From an uncultured Acidobacteriota bacterium (lineage in GTDB: Bacteria > Acidobacteriota > JAQAZP01), in contig CAWIIB010000009.1 of NCBI GenBank assembly GCA_963836075.1, positions 2,240,001-2,304,000 on the forward strand: 64,000 nt of DNA, written 5' to 3'. The notes below the pieces were generated by a model that worked only from the letters and a program-made list of their open reading frames with translations, had not been told where the DNA came from and did not search any database. Below are positions 9,847 to 19,009 of this stretch, piece by piece (position 1 is the first letter of the stretch; every line of letters starts with the position of its first letter). Both the position numbers and the translations under genes were made by a program.

Positions 9847-9888
9847 ATTGCTCCATTCCTGCCCTTCAAGGGGCAGGAATGGAGCAAT
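9847..9888. repeat. Perfect 18-bp inverted repeat
   Basis: ATTGCTCCATTCCTGCCC-TTCAAG-GGGCAGGAATGGAGCAAT. Confidence 0.85.
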
Positions 9889-9920
9889 GAAAAAGACCGC
9901 CGATATTCGGCTGAGATTTA

Positions 9921-11304
9921 TTGAACTGGAGGGATATCGTGAGAGTTTTCTTATTCTGCGTTGTGTTGGTTTTGACACCCGCCGTGATGTGCCTTGCCCA
10001 AACTCCAGTCATGCAGTTGGTTCCCGCCGGGGAGTACCGAGATGGGGGACCACCTGGGAACGGGATATTACCAGGAACTCCCTGTTCATGCGGTGTACAT
10101 AGACGCGTTCTACATGGACACATTCGAGGTGGCCAACGAGGGGTACGGCACCTACTTGAACTCGGCCTACAGCCAGGGATTGATCGAGGTATCCGGGGGC
10201 GTGGTGTACAAGAACAACGACACCGAAGCGTACTGCTCAACAACCTCTGCACCTCCGGGCGTTCCTTTCTTTGGCGAGTCCAGCCGTATTTCCTGGAACG
10301 GAAGCACCTTTGCGGCCACCGCGGGCAAGAAGGAGCACCCCATGGTGCTGGTGAGCTGGTGGGGGGCTGCGGCGTACGCGAATTGGCGAAGCGAGCAGGA
10401 AGGACTGACGCCCTGTTACAACCTGGCAACCTGGGAGTGCGACTTCGGTGCGGACGGATACCGGCTGCCCACGGAAGCGGAGTGGGAGAAGGCGTCCCGG
10501 GGCGGTGAGCACACACCTTATTACGATTATCCCTGGGGCAATAGCATTGATGGGTCAAAGGCGAACTACTATGATTCCGGTGATCCGTATGAGACGGGTG
10601 CCTTCCCTCACACAACACCGCAGGGGTATTACGACGGCAACCAGATCCCTTCCGGCGTAGATATGGCCAACGGGTACGGCCTGTACGACATGTCGGGAAG
10701 CGTATGGGAGTGGTGCAATGATTGGTACGATGATCAATATTACCAGGCCTGCGTGGACTACGGGATATACGACAACCCGACAGGACCTCCGTATAGCCCT
10801 TATGGCTATCGTGTGTATCGCGGCGGTTCGTGGTTCAGCTATGGGATCAACCTGCGTTGCTCGGTCCGCGAAAGAAACTACCCCATCATTCTGCCCGAAA
10901 TTGTCGGGTTCCGACTGGTCCGGGGTGCATCAAACAGTACCGTAGCTGCTGACCTGACCTGCGATCCCTCATCCGGCACGCTCCCGTTCTCCACGGTAAT
11001 GACGACAACGCTGAGCAATCTATACACTGAACAGAGCCGCCGCATCTCCGGCCACATCGACGTCACTTTGGCCAACGACCAGTTCATCGCCAACTGGCGT
11101 GCCGGTTACACCAACGTGGCCGCAGGCGGAAGTTACGTCACGACCTGGAATCAGACCATCCCGGCCTATGGGAGTGTGGTCGGTGAAAACGTCTTCCAGC
11201 TCCTGGCCCAGGACGTCACACCGCCACCATTCAACCAACCGCCCTACCCACCGGCGGGGGCCACGGCCACGGCCACCTGCACCGTGACGGGGATAGCACC
11301 CTGA
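9921..11304 (+). CDS. Secreted formylglycine-generating-enzyme (FGE/SUMF1-like) domain protein with the recurrent CTD; +1 frameshift at ~10038
   Basis: The signal peptide and MQLVPAGEY are in the 9921 frame. EMGD...YRLPTEAEWEKASRGG...NGYGLYDMSGSVWEWC...RGGSW...GFRLV and the CTD are in the 9994 frame. One extra C at TAC-C-GAG separates them (sequencing error or pseudogene). Confidence 0.8.
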
Positions 11305-11330
11305 TTGACCAGACAGCACCGGCTCGGGAC
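10955..11330 (+). repeat. Copy 2 of the 376-bp CTD direct repeat
   Basis: Near-identical to 9460..9835 apart from a divergent patch at ~11075-11129. Confidence 0.9.
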
Positions 11331-11520
11331 TCCCTGGGCCGGTGTTGCTGTGTACGGATAGCGCCAACGGCCGGCGGTGCATTGATTTCCTCACGTGCAT
11401 GCGGCCCTCATTCGTGTACCCATTGCCTGGGCTGGCTGCATACCATATAATATCAACAACTTAGGTGGCATCCCGCAACGATGAATGCATGAAACTCCCC
11501 TGTGAAAGGATCGGTCACCC

Positions 11521-12492
11521 ATGAATGTCCCTGCAACGTTCCTGATTATCGCGCTGCTGGCTGGTGGTGCAACGACACCGGTCATCGAGCGGTGGCAGCC
11601 CCGGATCGTGATCGCTGACCCCACCTTCATCGACGTGGACGGCATCTGCTGTTGCTCAGGGGAAGTCTTCGTGGCCGACACGAAGGCCAGGTCGGTCCTG
11701 GTGTTCAATGGGCAGGGCGACAAGCTCAGGGTGTACGGTGGCCAGTCAGAACCACAGCGTTTCGGCGAACCGATGGGTCTCGCGTGCCAGGGAGATCGGA
11801 TCGTGCTGGTGGATCGGGAAAGAGTGCAGGTCAGCATCCTGACGCTTGATGGTGAGGTGGTCAAAAAGATCGCAGGAGCACCCGGGGCGCCGTTCCTGGA
11901 ACCCAGTGGGGTGACCGTCGGCCCGGGGGGCAGGATCTTCGTAGTGGATTCGGGAAACCGTGTGTTCGTTTTCGACAGGAGTGGGAACTATCTCTTCCGC
12001 TTCGGCTCACAGGGGTCGGAACCCGGGCAGTTGGACGGTGCCGAGTCCATCGCAGTGGACGCCCGGGGCCGCATCGTGGTGGCCGACGAAGGCAACTTCC
12101 GTTTGTCCGTTTTCGATGACAGCGGCCTGTTTCTCCGCACCATCAGTGAACGGGGGCCCGGTCCCGGCAAGTTCACCAAAGACGTCGAGGGGATCATCAT
12201 TGACAAACGGGGTTACATTGTCTGTTTGGACGAAGCCGACGGCCTTGTGGAGGTCTTCGACCTGGAGGGTCACGTGATCGCCACCATCGGGAACGGGGCA
12301 GGCCAGGGGCCCGGCAAGCTCAACAGTCCGGACGGCATGGCCTATGATATGGAAACCGACCACCTCTGGATCGGAGACCAGGGGAACAAACGGGTTCTGT
12401 GCTTCGATCTTGGTCCCCTCCTGGGCCAGACGGAAGCGACCCCTCCAGGCAAGGCTGCCTTACCTTCCGTTGACGCCCCTCATTGTGAGTAA
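11521..12492 (+). CDS. NHL-repeat (beta-propeller) protein
   Basis: Repeats FGSQGSEPGQLDGAESIAVD..GRIVVADEGNFR and LNSPDGMAYD, with a hydrophobic N-terminus. Confidence 0.85.
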   Translation: MNVPATFLIIALLAGGATTPVIERWQPRIVIADPTFIDVDGICCCSGEVFVADTKARSVLVFNGQGDKLRVYGGQSEPQRFGEPMGLACQGDRIVLVDRERVQVSILTLDGEVVKKIAGAPGAPFLEPSGVTVGPGGRIFVVDSGNRVFVFDRSGNYLFRFGSQGSEPGQLDGAESIAVDARGRIVVADEGNFRLSVFDDSGLFLRTISERGPGPGKFTKDVEGIIIDKRGYIVCLDEADGLVEVFDLEGHVIATIGNGAGQGPGKLNSPDGMAYDMETDHLWIGDQGNKRVLCFDLGPLLGQTEATPPGKAALPSVDAPHCE

Positions 12493-12954
12493 GCGCGGGT
12501 TGTCCCTCCTGAATATTCCGTCCGCGTTCATTTCATTAGACTTACGCGACCGCCATCGAAATCAGGAAACTCAACGTCTTACCATACTGTAGTGTGTAAC
12601 CCGATTTGAGTTTTTTGCCAATGCTCTCTGGTCGTCTGGATCGCCACTTCATCCCGGACATGTACGCTCTGAGCCATTAGCCCGGGGAGCCCAGCCGGAC
12701 TCGAACCAGAGGTGTGACCCGCCGTTTTACCTTTAGCTTGCCAATCGTGATCAAAGGTATACGTCTACTTGCACGTCAAGCAGCCTCACCCTCAGCTGTC
12801 AGATCCCCCGCTCCACGACCTTCCACCCTCTTCCCAAGCCTGATAATATAAACTCCAGTGGCCGCTGATGGTCCACCTTGGATTGGTGCCCTTCAGCGGC
12901 CAGTTTCATTTCCATGTCAATCTTGGACTCAGGCTCTCTCCGGGGTATCTGCCC

Positions 12955-14520
12955 TTGATCAACCGCTCCGTCGAACGTGTGACTCGTGCCGCCTGGCTGG
13001 TGATTCTGGCCACCGTGGTGGTGCGTGTGGTGGGGCTGCTCAAGGAAGTGGTGGTGGCCGGCAGCTTTGGTGTGGGCCCGGCCATGGACGCCTTCAACGT
13101 GGCCATTGCCATCCCCTATCTGCTGGCCGGCGTGGTGGTGCCGGCCATCTCCGGGGCGGTGGTGCCCCTGGCCGCGGCGGCCGAGCTGAAGTGGGGGACA
13201 AGGGCTGAGCGCAACAGGCGGTTCTGGGGCACCCTGCTGCTGGTCACCTTTGTGGTGCTTTTTTCCGGGGTGCTGCTGGTTGACCTGTTGTCTTTCGGGC
13301 TGGAGGGGCTCTTTGCCTTTCTCTCACGGTTGATGGGCGGCACCTTCGACGCCGATCTCCAGGTGCCGCTGATCCGCAACCTGCTCTTCATCGTCACGCC
13401 CATGGCTCTGCTGCAGGGCCTGGCCAGCCTCGAGGCGAGCCTGTTCCACATCCGCAAGCGCTTCCTGTTGCCGGCGCTGGCGCCGATCTCCTTCTCCCTG
13501 GCCATGATCCTGCTGCTGGTGCTGCACCCATCTCCCAATGTGGTTCTTCTGGCCTGGGCGGCGCTGATCGGCAATGTGTTCTGGGCTTTTGCGCTCTTGC
13601 CCTACTTCATGCGCAATGCCCGGCCACTATTCAAGCCTGTGGGCGAGGATATCCGTGAGTTCACGGGAACGCTGCTCCCCCTGACCCTGGTGATGCTCTT
13701 TGCCCAGTCGTCGGAGGCCCTGGGGTATTTCCTGGGGATCAGCGTCTCGGTGGGTGGGGCGGCGTCCCTGGGCTATGCCCAGCGTCTGGTGGACATGCCG
13801 GTTCTGCTCTTTGGGGCGGCGCTGTCGGTGGCGGCGTTCCCCTATCTCTCGGACAGTGCGGCCGAGGGTGATCTGAAGCAGCTGTCCGTCGATTTTCGCC
13901 GGGCATTCGGGCAGGTGGCTCTCCTGATGGCGCCGGTGACCGCGGCCTGGCTGGTGCTGGGGAGGCAGATTCTCACCTCGCTCTACAAACAGGGGGCCTT
14001 TGATGAGGCTGCGGTCACCATGACCCTTGGTCCGCTGTTCATGTTCGCCCTGGGCGGGACTTTCAAGGCGCTGAGCTTTACCCAGGGCAAGATGCTGATG
14101 GCGGTGCGGCGCTACAAGGCGCTGATCTTCTTCGGGCTCAGCGCCCTGGTGATCAACTTGACCCTGTCCGTGCCCCTGGGCCGTGTCTTCGGGCCCCCGG
14201 GCCTGGCCGCCTCGGTCTCCATCTCCTATGCCTGCGTGGTGGTGGGCATCACCATCCTCACGGTGCGGGTGCTCGCCCCGTATTTTCTCCTGCGCCCGTT
14301 GCTGGCCATCCTGGCCCGGGCAGCTGCTGCCGCGGGGGGGGCGGGTGTGGCGGCTGCCATCCTTCTCTCTTTCATACCACTGCAGAGTGGCCTGGCCGGG
14401 TTCGGGCGGCTGTTCCTCGGGGGAGTGGTGCTGCTTCTCCTCTACCTCCTGCTCTGCCGGGTCTTTGGTGTACGGCTGAGCGATGTGGGCATCATGCGCA
14501 ACCAGGAGCTTTCCGGCTGA
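12955..14520 (+). CDS. murJ: Lipid II flippase MurJ/MviN family
   Basis: RVVGLLKEVVVAGSFGVGPAMDAFNVA, LGYAQRLVDMPVLLFG and LYKQGAFD in a polytopic membrane protein. Start is uncertain (ORF opens at 12868). Confidence 0.8.
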   Translation: MINRSVERVTRAAWLVILATVVVRVVGLLKEVVVAGSFGVGPAMDAFNVAIAIPYLLAGVVVPAISGAVVPLAAAAELKWGTRAERNRRFWGTLLLVTFVVLFSGVLLVDLLSFGLEGLFAFLSRLMGGTFDADLQVPLIRNLLFIVTPMALLQGLASLEASLFHIRKRFLLPALAPISFSLAMILLLVLHPSPNVVLLAWAALIGNVFWAFALLPYFMRNARPLFKPVGEDIREFTGTLLPLTLVMLFAQSSEALGYFLGISVSVGGAASLGYAQRLVDMPVLLFGAALSVAAFPYLSDSAAEGDLKQLSVDFRRAFGQVALLMAPVTAAWLVLGRQILTSLYKQGAFDEAAVTMTLGPLFMFALGGTFKALSFTQGKMLMAVRRYKALIFFGLSALVINLTLSVPLGRVFGPPGLAASVSISYACVVVGITILTVRVLAPYFLLRPLLAILARAAAAAGGAGVAAAILLSFIPLQSGLAGFGRLFLGGVVLLLLYLLLCRVFGVRLSDVGIMRNQELSG

Positions 14521-14657
14521 TCGTCCCCCCGAACGTTACCCTCCCTGGTCTCGTATAGTGGTACAGTTTCACGAGCTCTGTCCCGGTGCACCGCCGGCAG
14601 TCGGCCGGTGGGACGACGTGTGGCGGGGGAGAGAGAAAACCGAAGCGGGAGAACGAA

Positions 14658-15356
14658 ATGCAGCGTAAAAAAGAAGCGAAGACGGATACCTTGAAGACGA
14701 AGCTGGTCCGGTTCTGGAACTCCTGGGGCAAACTGCTGTTGGTCACCATCCTGCTGGTGACGTCGTTTCGCTCTGCCGTGGCTGACTGGAATGACGTGCC
14801 CACCGGGTCGATGAAGCCCACCATCCTCGAAGGGGACCGGATCTTCGTCAACAAATTGGCTTACGACCTCAAAGTTCCGTTTACCACGATGAGGCTTGCC
14901 CGCTGGTGTGAGCCCCGGCGGGGTGAGCTGGTGGTCTTTTTCTCCCCGGTGGACGGCACGCGGCTGGTCAAGCGGGTGGTGGGGGTACCCGGCGACGTGA
15001 TCACCGTGCTGAACCACCGGTTGCTGATCAACGGCGAGATGGCGACTTACCAGCCCTCCGGTGAGGCCCAGGGGGCTGTCCGTTTCACCGAGACGCTGGC
15101 CGGCTCCAGCCGCACGGTGCAGTTCACTGCCGGCCGGTCGGCGAACGGCTCATTCCCGGAGACGATCCTGGAAGACGGGACCTACTTCATGATGGGGGAC
15201 AACCGCTGCAACAGTGCCGACTCGAGGTATTTCGGGGCAGTGGGGTTGGACCGCATTGTGGGGCGGGTGAGCACCGTGGTGCTCTCCGTCGACCGTGGCC
15301 ATCATTACCTTCCCCGCTGGGACAGGTTCTTCAGGTCACTGGACAATAATTCGTAA
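14658..15356 (+). CDS. lepB: Signal peptidase I
   Basis: VPTGSMKPT (catalytic Ser), LVKRVVGVPGD (Lys) and GDNRCNSADSR. Confidence 0.92.
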   Translation: MQRKKEAKTDTLKTKLVRFWNSWGKLLLVTILLVTSFRSAVADWNDVPTGSMKPTILEGDRIFVNKLAYDLKVPFTTMRLARWCEPRRGELVVFFSPVDGTRLVKRVVGVPGDVITVLNHRLLINGEMATYQPSGEAQGAVRFTETLAGSSRTVQFTAGRSANGSFPETILEDGTYFMMGDNRCNSADSRYFGAVGLDRIVGRVSTVVLSVDRGHHYLPRWDRFFRSLDNNS

Positions 15357-15485
15357 CCGGGATTACGGAATCGTGACCGGCTTGCCCTTTTCCCCTCCCT
15401 CGTTCTGTCCCTGTCATTTTCCTGGTACATATTCAAGCCATTGTAAAATAATGGCTTACGTTTTGTTTGCTGGTTTTTGGCATGG

Positions 15486-15501
15486 TGGAACGGCGGTTGC
15501 A
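15486..15501 (+). promoter_or_regulatory. Putative sigma54 (-24/-12) promoter upstream of the first prepilin
   Basis: TGGAACGGCGGTTGCA = GG-N10-GC, ~95 nt upstream of ATG 15596. Pilin genes are often sigma54-dependent. Confidence 0.55.
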
Positions 15502-15595
15502 CTATGTCAATGCATCTTGACTCACGGCGTTGTCTCCCTTGGTGTGAAAGCGGCGTCGATGGAATGGAATCTGGCTAATCAACAGGAGGGCCGTC

Positions 15596-16030
15596 ATGAA
15601 GAGAGCCAACCGGGGATTCACCCTCATCGAATTGCTGATCGTTGTTGCCATCATCGGCATTATCGCGGCCATCGCTGTTCCCAACCTGCTCAACGCCATC
15701 CAGCGCGGCAAGCAGAAGAGGACCATGGCCGACATGCGGTCCCTGGGCACCGGCATGGGGACTTACGAAATCGACTACAACCAGTATCCCGCGGGACTCT
15801 CGGGGCTGGCGCCCGACTATTTGAAGAACCCCCCGGCGGCTGACGGCTGGAATACGGCCTGGGTGACCACGTTCGGGACACAGGAATATACCTTTGTCAG
15901 CCTGGGCAAGAACCAGGCGGCTGACGGTGCTGGGAGCTATGGTGGGACCACCAGCACCTTCAACGCCGACATCGTTTACTCCTCCGGAACCTTCATCCAG
16001 TATCCGGATGGAAAGCAGACCAACGGCTGA
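15596..16030 (+). CDS. Prepilin / type II secretion GspG-like pseudopilin, copy 1
   Basis: Class III signal G|FTLIELLIVVAIIGIIAAIAVP, then PNLLNAIQRGKQKRTMADMR, DGWN and SLGKN. Confidence 0.9.
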   Translation: MKRANRGFTLIELLIVVAIIGIIAAIAVPNLLNAIQRGKQKRTMADMRSLGTGMGTYEIDYNQYPAGLSGLAPDYLKNPPAADGWNTAWVTTFGTQEYTFVSLGKNQAADGAGSYGGTTSTFNADIVYSSGTFIQYPDGKQTNG

Positions 16031-16425
16031 TTCGGATTGCTTCGTCAGGAGCAGTGACACGCACGCGGGCGGGGAGACAGGACCGCGGAACCTACCCCCT
16101 GCTCCTCGCCCGCAAGGCCCGGAAAACTGATCGCACCCGCAAGGCCCGCACTCGCCATGCCCACAGAAGACCTGGAACTCCCCTCCAGTTGATCGCCCGC
16201 TCCTCCACGGATTCCCCCCGGTCATTTCAAGGCTGGAGATATATATATTGAGCACTAAACGTTTGGCCACGCAGTGACGATATAGTCATGTGAAGGATAG
16301 TGATTGAACCCATTCGGGGTGTCTTGAGCGAGGGCGTCGCGTATCAGTGGGGAACCGGCGTCGATAAAACTATCAGAAGGACGGGACTCGCAGATCTGCA
16401 CCCGTCGAAGCCTGGGAGGGCCGCC

Positions 16426-16860
16426 ATGAAGAGAAACAACCGAGGATTCACGCTTATCGAACTGCTGATCGTTGTGGCGATCATCGGTATCATCGCCGCC
16501 ATCGCGGTTCCCAACCTGCTCAACGCCATCCAGCGTGGCAAGCAGAAGAGGACCATGGCCGACATGCGGTCCCTGGGCACCGGTATGGGAACCTACGAGA
16601 TCGACTACAACCAGTATCCCTCGACGCTCGCCGGCCTGGCGCCCGACTACCTGAAGAACCCCCCGGCGAACGACGGCTGGAATACGGCCTGGGTGACCAC
16701 CTTCGGGACACAGGAATATACCTTTGTCAGCCTGGGCAAGAACCAGGCGGCCGACGGCGCGGGCAGCTACGGCGGCACCACCAGCACCTTCAACGCCGAC
16801 ATCGTCTACTCCTCCGGAACCTTCATCCAGTACCCGGACGGCAAGCAGACCAACGGTTAG
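16426..16860 (+). CDS. Prepilin / type II secretion GspG-like pseudopilin, copy 2
   Basis: 144 aa, differs from copy 1 at 5 residues. GGGAGG RBS before ATG 16426. Confidence 0.9.
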   Translation: MKRNNRGFTLIELLIVVAIIGIIAAIAVPNLLNAIQRGKQKRTMADMRSLGTGMGTYEIDYNQYPSTLAGLAPDYLKNPPANDGWNTAWVTTFGTQEYTFVSLGKNQAADGAGSYGGTTSTFNADIVYSSGTFIQYPDGKQTNG

Positions 16861-16883
16861 CCGTTAACAACGATTGGAATCAG

Positions 16884-16914
16884 AAAGGGACGGCGGTTAC
16901 GCCGTCCCTTTTTT
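16884..16914. terminator. Bidirectional intrinsic terminator
   Basis: AAAGGGACGGCG-GTTA-CGCCGTCCCTTTTTT between convergent genes. Confidence 0.85.
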
Positions 16915-16938
16915 ATGGCCGCTGCCGCTGTGAGTGCC

Positions 16939-17919
16939 CTACTCCCGGCCCTTGGCCCGCAGGGCGCGGAGGATGTAGATTACGCCGGCCGCCAGCAGGG
17001 CGATGGGAAGCAGGATCTTCCCGAACCACTGTCCCCCGCCTTCCACCACCACCACGAAGATCCCCACCCCGGCCAGAGCCACCGCCGGATAGCGGGCCCA
17101 GGCCAATTTGTTTGCTTCGTTGCTGATCAGGTAGAGATAGCCGAAGATCGCGCTCATGCCGAGGAAGAACAGGCAGGGACTCCACGGTTCGCTGATCCCC
17201 AACGTCTCTTCCATCTGGATGATAACGGCGATGAGGCAAAGCACGCCACCGGGGATCACCGGCCACCAGACCCGGCGCCGGCGCAGGTGAATGACCAGGA
17301 AGACCAGGCCCAGAAGAAAGGTGAAGACTGCGGGGCCCAGGTCGCTGTGGGGCAGGAACTCTTCGATGGTGAACACCACGGCCAGCAGCCCGAACACCCC
17401 GGCCACGATCAGCGGCCAGACTTTCCGCCGGTTGATCAGGTGCACGGCGAGAAAGGTGACGGCAAAACCGTAGAAGAGGAAGATCGGATTGTCGGTGTCG
17501 AAGCGGTTCAACAGTTGCTGTATGCCCAGCTCGACGCCGACGAAGAAGAGGATACCCACCGGAATGATCGGCCACCACCGTTGGGGACTGGGACGGAAGA
17601 AAAGCAGGAAGCCCACCGCGATGCTCCACAATATGATCGTGGGCATGAAATGGGCCCCGGGACGCAGGGCATCGATCAGCCATCTGGCGGACAGGATCAG
17701 GAAAATGCCCGCCGGGATCAGTGCCCACCTCATGTTCACGTTCAGCCGGGCCGCAGCCAGGAAGCCCAGCCCGGCCAGCAGGGCCAGAACCCCCTGGGAG
17801 AAGTGCGAGTTGAGAGAGTAGATGCCGAGACTGGCGCCGAGAAAGATCAGGCCGCTGACCAGGAGGGCGATGCCCCCCAGCAGGTACTTGTTGTCGATTT
17901 GCCGTTCTGTGCTGGTCAT
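16939..17919 (-). CDS. Polytopic membrane protein with repeated 'W(W/A/P)xIPxG' TM hairpins
   Basis: Highly hydrophobic with repeated motifs WALIPAG, WWPIIPVG and WWPVIPGG. Function unknown. Confidence 0.7.
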   Translation of the reverse strand: MTSTERQIDNKYLLGGIALLVSGLIFLGASLGIYSLNSHFSQGVLALLAGLGFLAAARLNVNMRWALIPAGIFLILSARWLIDALRPGAHFMPTIILWSIAVGFLLFFRPSPQRWWPIIPVGILFFVGVELGIQQLLNRFDTDNPIFLFYGFAVTFLAVHLINRRKVWPLIVAGVFGLLAVVFTIEEFLPHSDLGPAVFTFLLGLVFLVIHLRRRRVWWPVIPGGVLCLIAVIIQMEETLGISEPWSPCLFFLGMSAIFGYLYLISNEANKLAWARYPAVALAGVGIFVVVVEGGGQWFGKILLPIALLAAGVIYILRALRAKGRE

Positions 17920-18212
17920 TGGTCTCTCTCCCGCCGTCAATCGCTGACCGAAGTATATTCCGTGTTTCGCGCTATGTTACGGCCCGGGACCCGGAAAAGT
18001 TCCACCGACAGCTCCCCTCTTTGGGGGAACGGTTTTTCGACTGTGGAAACCTCAGCCGATCCATGGTGACCCGTGAGGCGCATCGCAGTCAAGACCACCC
18101 TGAATCCACCCCCTTGTTCGTTGACCGTGCCCCCTGTTTCAGCTATCCTTCTTCAAGGGATGGAATTCTCTGAAACAGCGGCGGCCGGGCTGTTTTTATT
18201 CGCCGCCGAGGG

Positions 18213-18986
18213 GTGTGGAACGTGTATCAACAGCAGCGAATCCGGTTCGGTTTCGGGTCGGGGCTGACCCCGGCGGTGAAACTTCTGCTCATCGTCAACG
18301 GCGTGGTTTTCATCCTGCAGAATCTCGCCCCCGATTTCTTCTACCGCTGGTTCGCCCTCTGGCCCTACCTCGTCTGGAGCAAGCTGAACGTCTGGCAACT
18401 GGTCACCTACATGTTCCTGCACGGCGGGTTCATGCACATCCTGTTCAACATGTTCGCCCTCTGGATGTTCGGCTGCCAGATCGAGCGGCTTTTCGGCCGG
18501 AACCGGTTCATCCGTTTCTACCTGCTAACCGGCGTGGCCGCCGGGCTGACGCATCTGATATTCTCCCCCAACTCCATGGTGCCGGTGATCGGCGCGTCGG
18601 GCGCCACCTACGGCATCCTGCTGGCCTTCGGGCTCTACTTCCCCGACAACAAACTGCTGATCTTTCCCTTTGTCTTCACCCCGATCAAGGCCAAGTGGCT
18701 GGTGCTCATCGTCGGTGCCATCGCCTTTCTCGGTTCGATCTCGTCCTCGGGCGGCGGCGGTGTCGCCCACCTGGCCCACCTGGGCGGGATGGTTTTCGCC
18801 TACTTTTACATCCGCCGGCTCCGCTTTCTCAACGACATCCACTACCTGATCCAGCGGATCCGGCAGCGGTCGCTGAGGAAGAAATACAAGATCTATGATG
18901 GTGGAAACGGAGGGGATCGGACGCCTGGAGGATTTCCCCGGCGGCCGCCGGACGGGGACGACGACAACGACTTCACCGTGCACTGA
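18213..18986 (+). CDS. Rhomboid family intramembrane serine protease
   Basis: WQLVTYMFLHGGFMHILFNM, GASG (Ser) and AHLAHLGG (His). Confidence 0.92.
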   Translation: MWNVYQQQRIRFGFGSGLTPAVKLLLIVNGVVFILQNLAPDFFYRWFALWPYLVWSKLNVWQLVTYMFLHGGFMHILFNMFALWMFGCQIERLFGRNRFIRFYLLTGVAAGLTHLIFSPNSMVPVIGASGATYGILLAFGLYFPDNKLLIFPFVFTPIKAKWLVLIVGAIAFLGSISSSGGGGVAHLAHLGGMVFAYFYIRRLRFLNDIHYLIQRIRQRSLRKKYKIYDGGNGGDRTPGGFPRRPPDGDDDNDFTVH

Positions 18987-19009
18987 CCTCAGACCAGGGA
19001 GCTGACGCC

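Noticed and set aside
10810-11330. Diversity-generating retroelement (FGE/CLec-fold target plus nearby near-identical repeat)
   Set aside because: The repeat covers the CTD, not the FGE RGGSW..GFR region. Differences are largely synonymous and not adenine-specific, and there is no reverse transcriptase or AAC-rich template in the window.
18213-18986. Rhomboid as a rhombosortase for the recurrent CTD
   Set aside because: The CTD has no TM helix or basic tail as GlyGly-CTERM/PEP-CTERM signals do. The rhomboid sits in a housekeeping operon.
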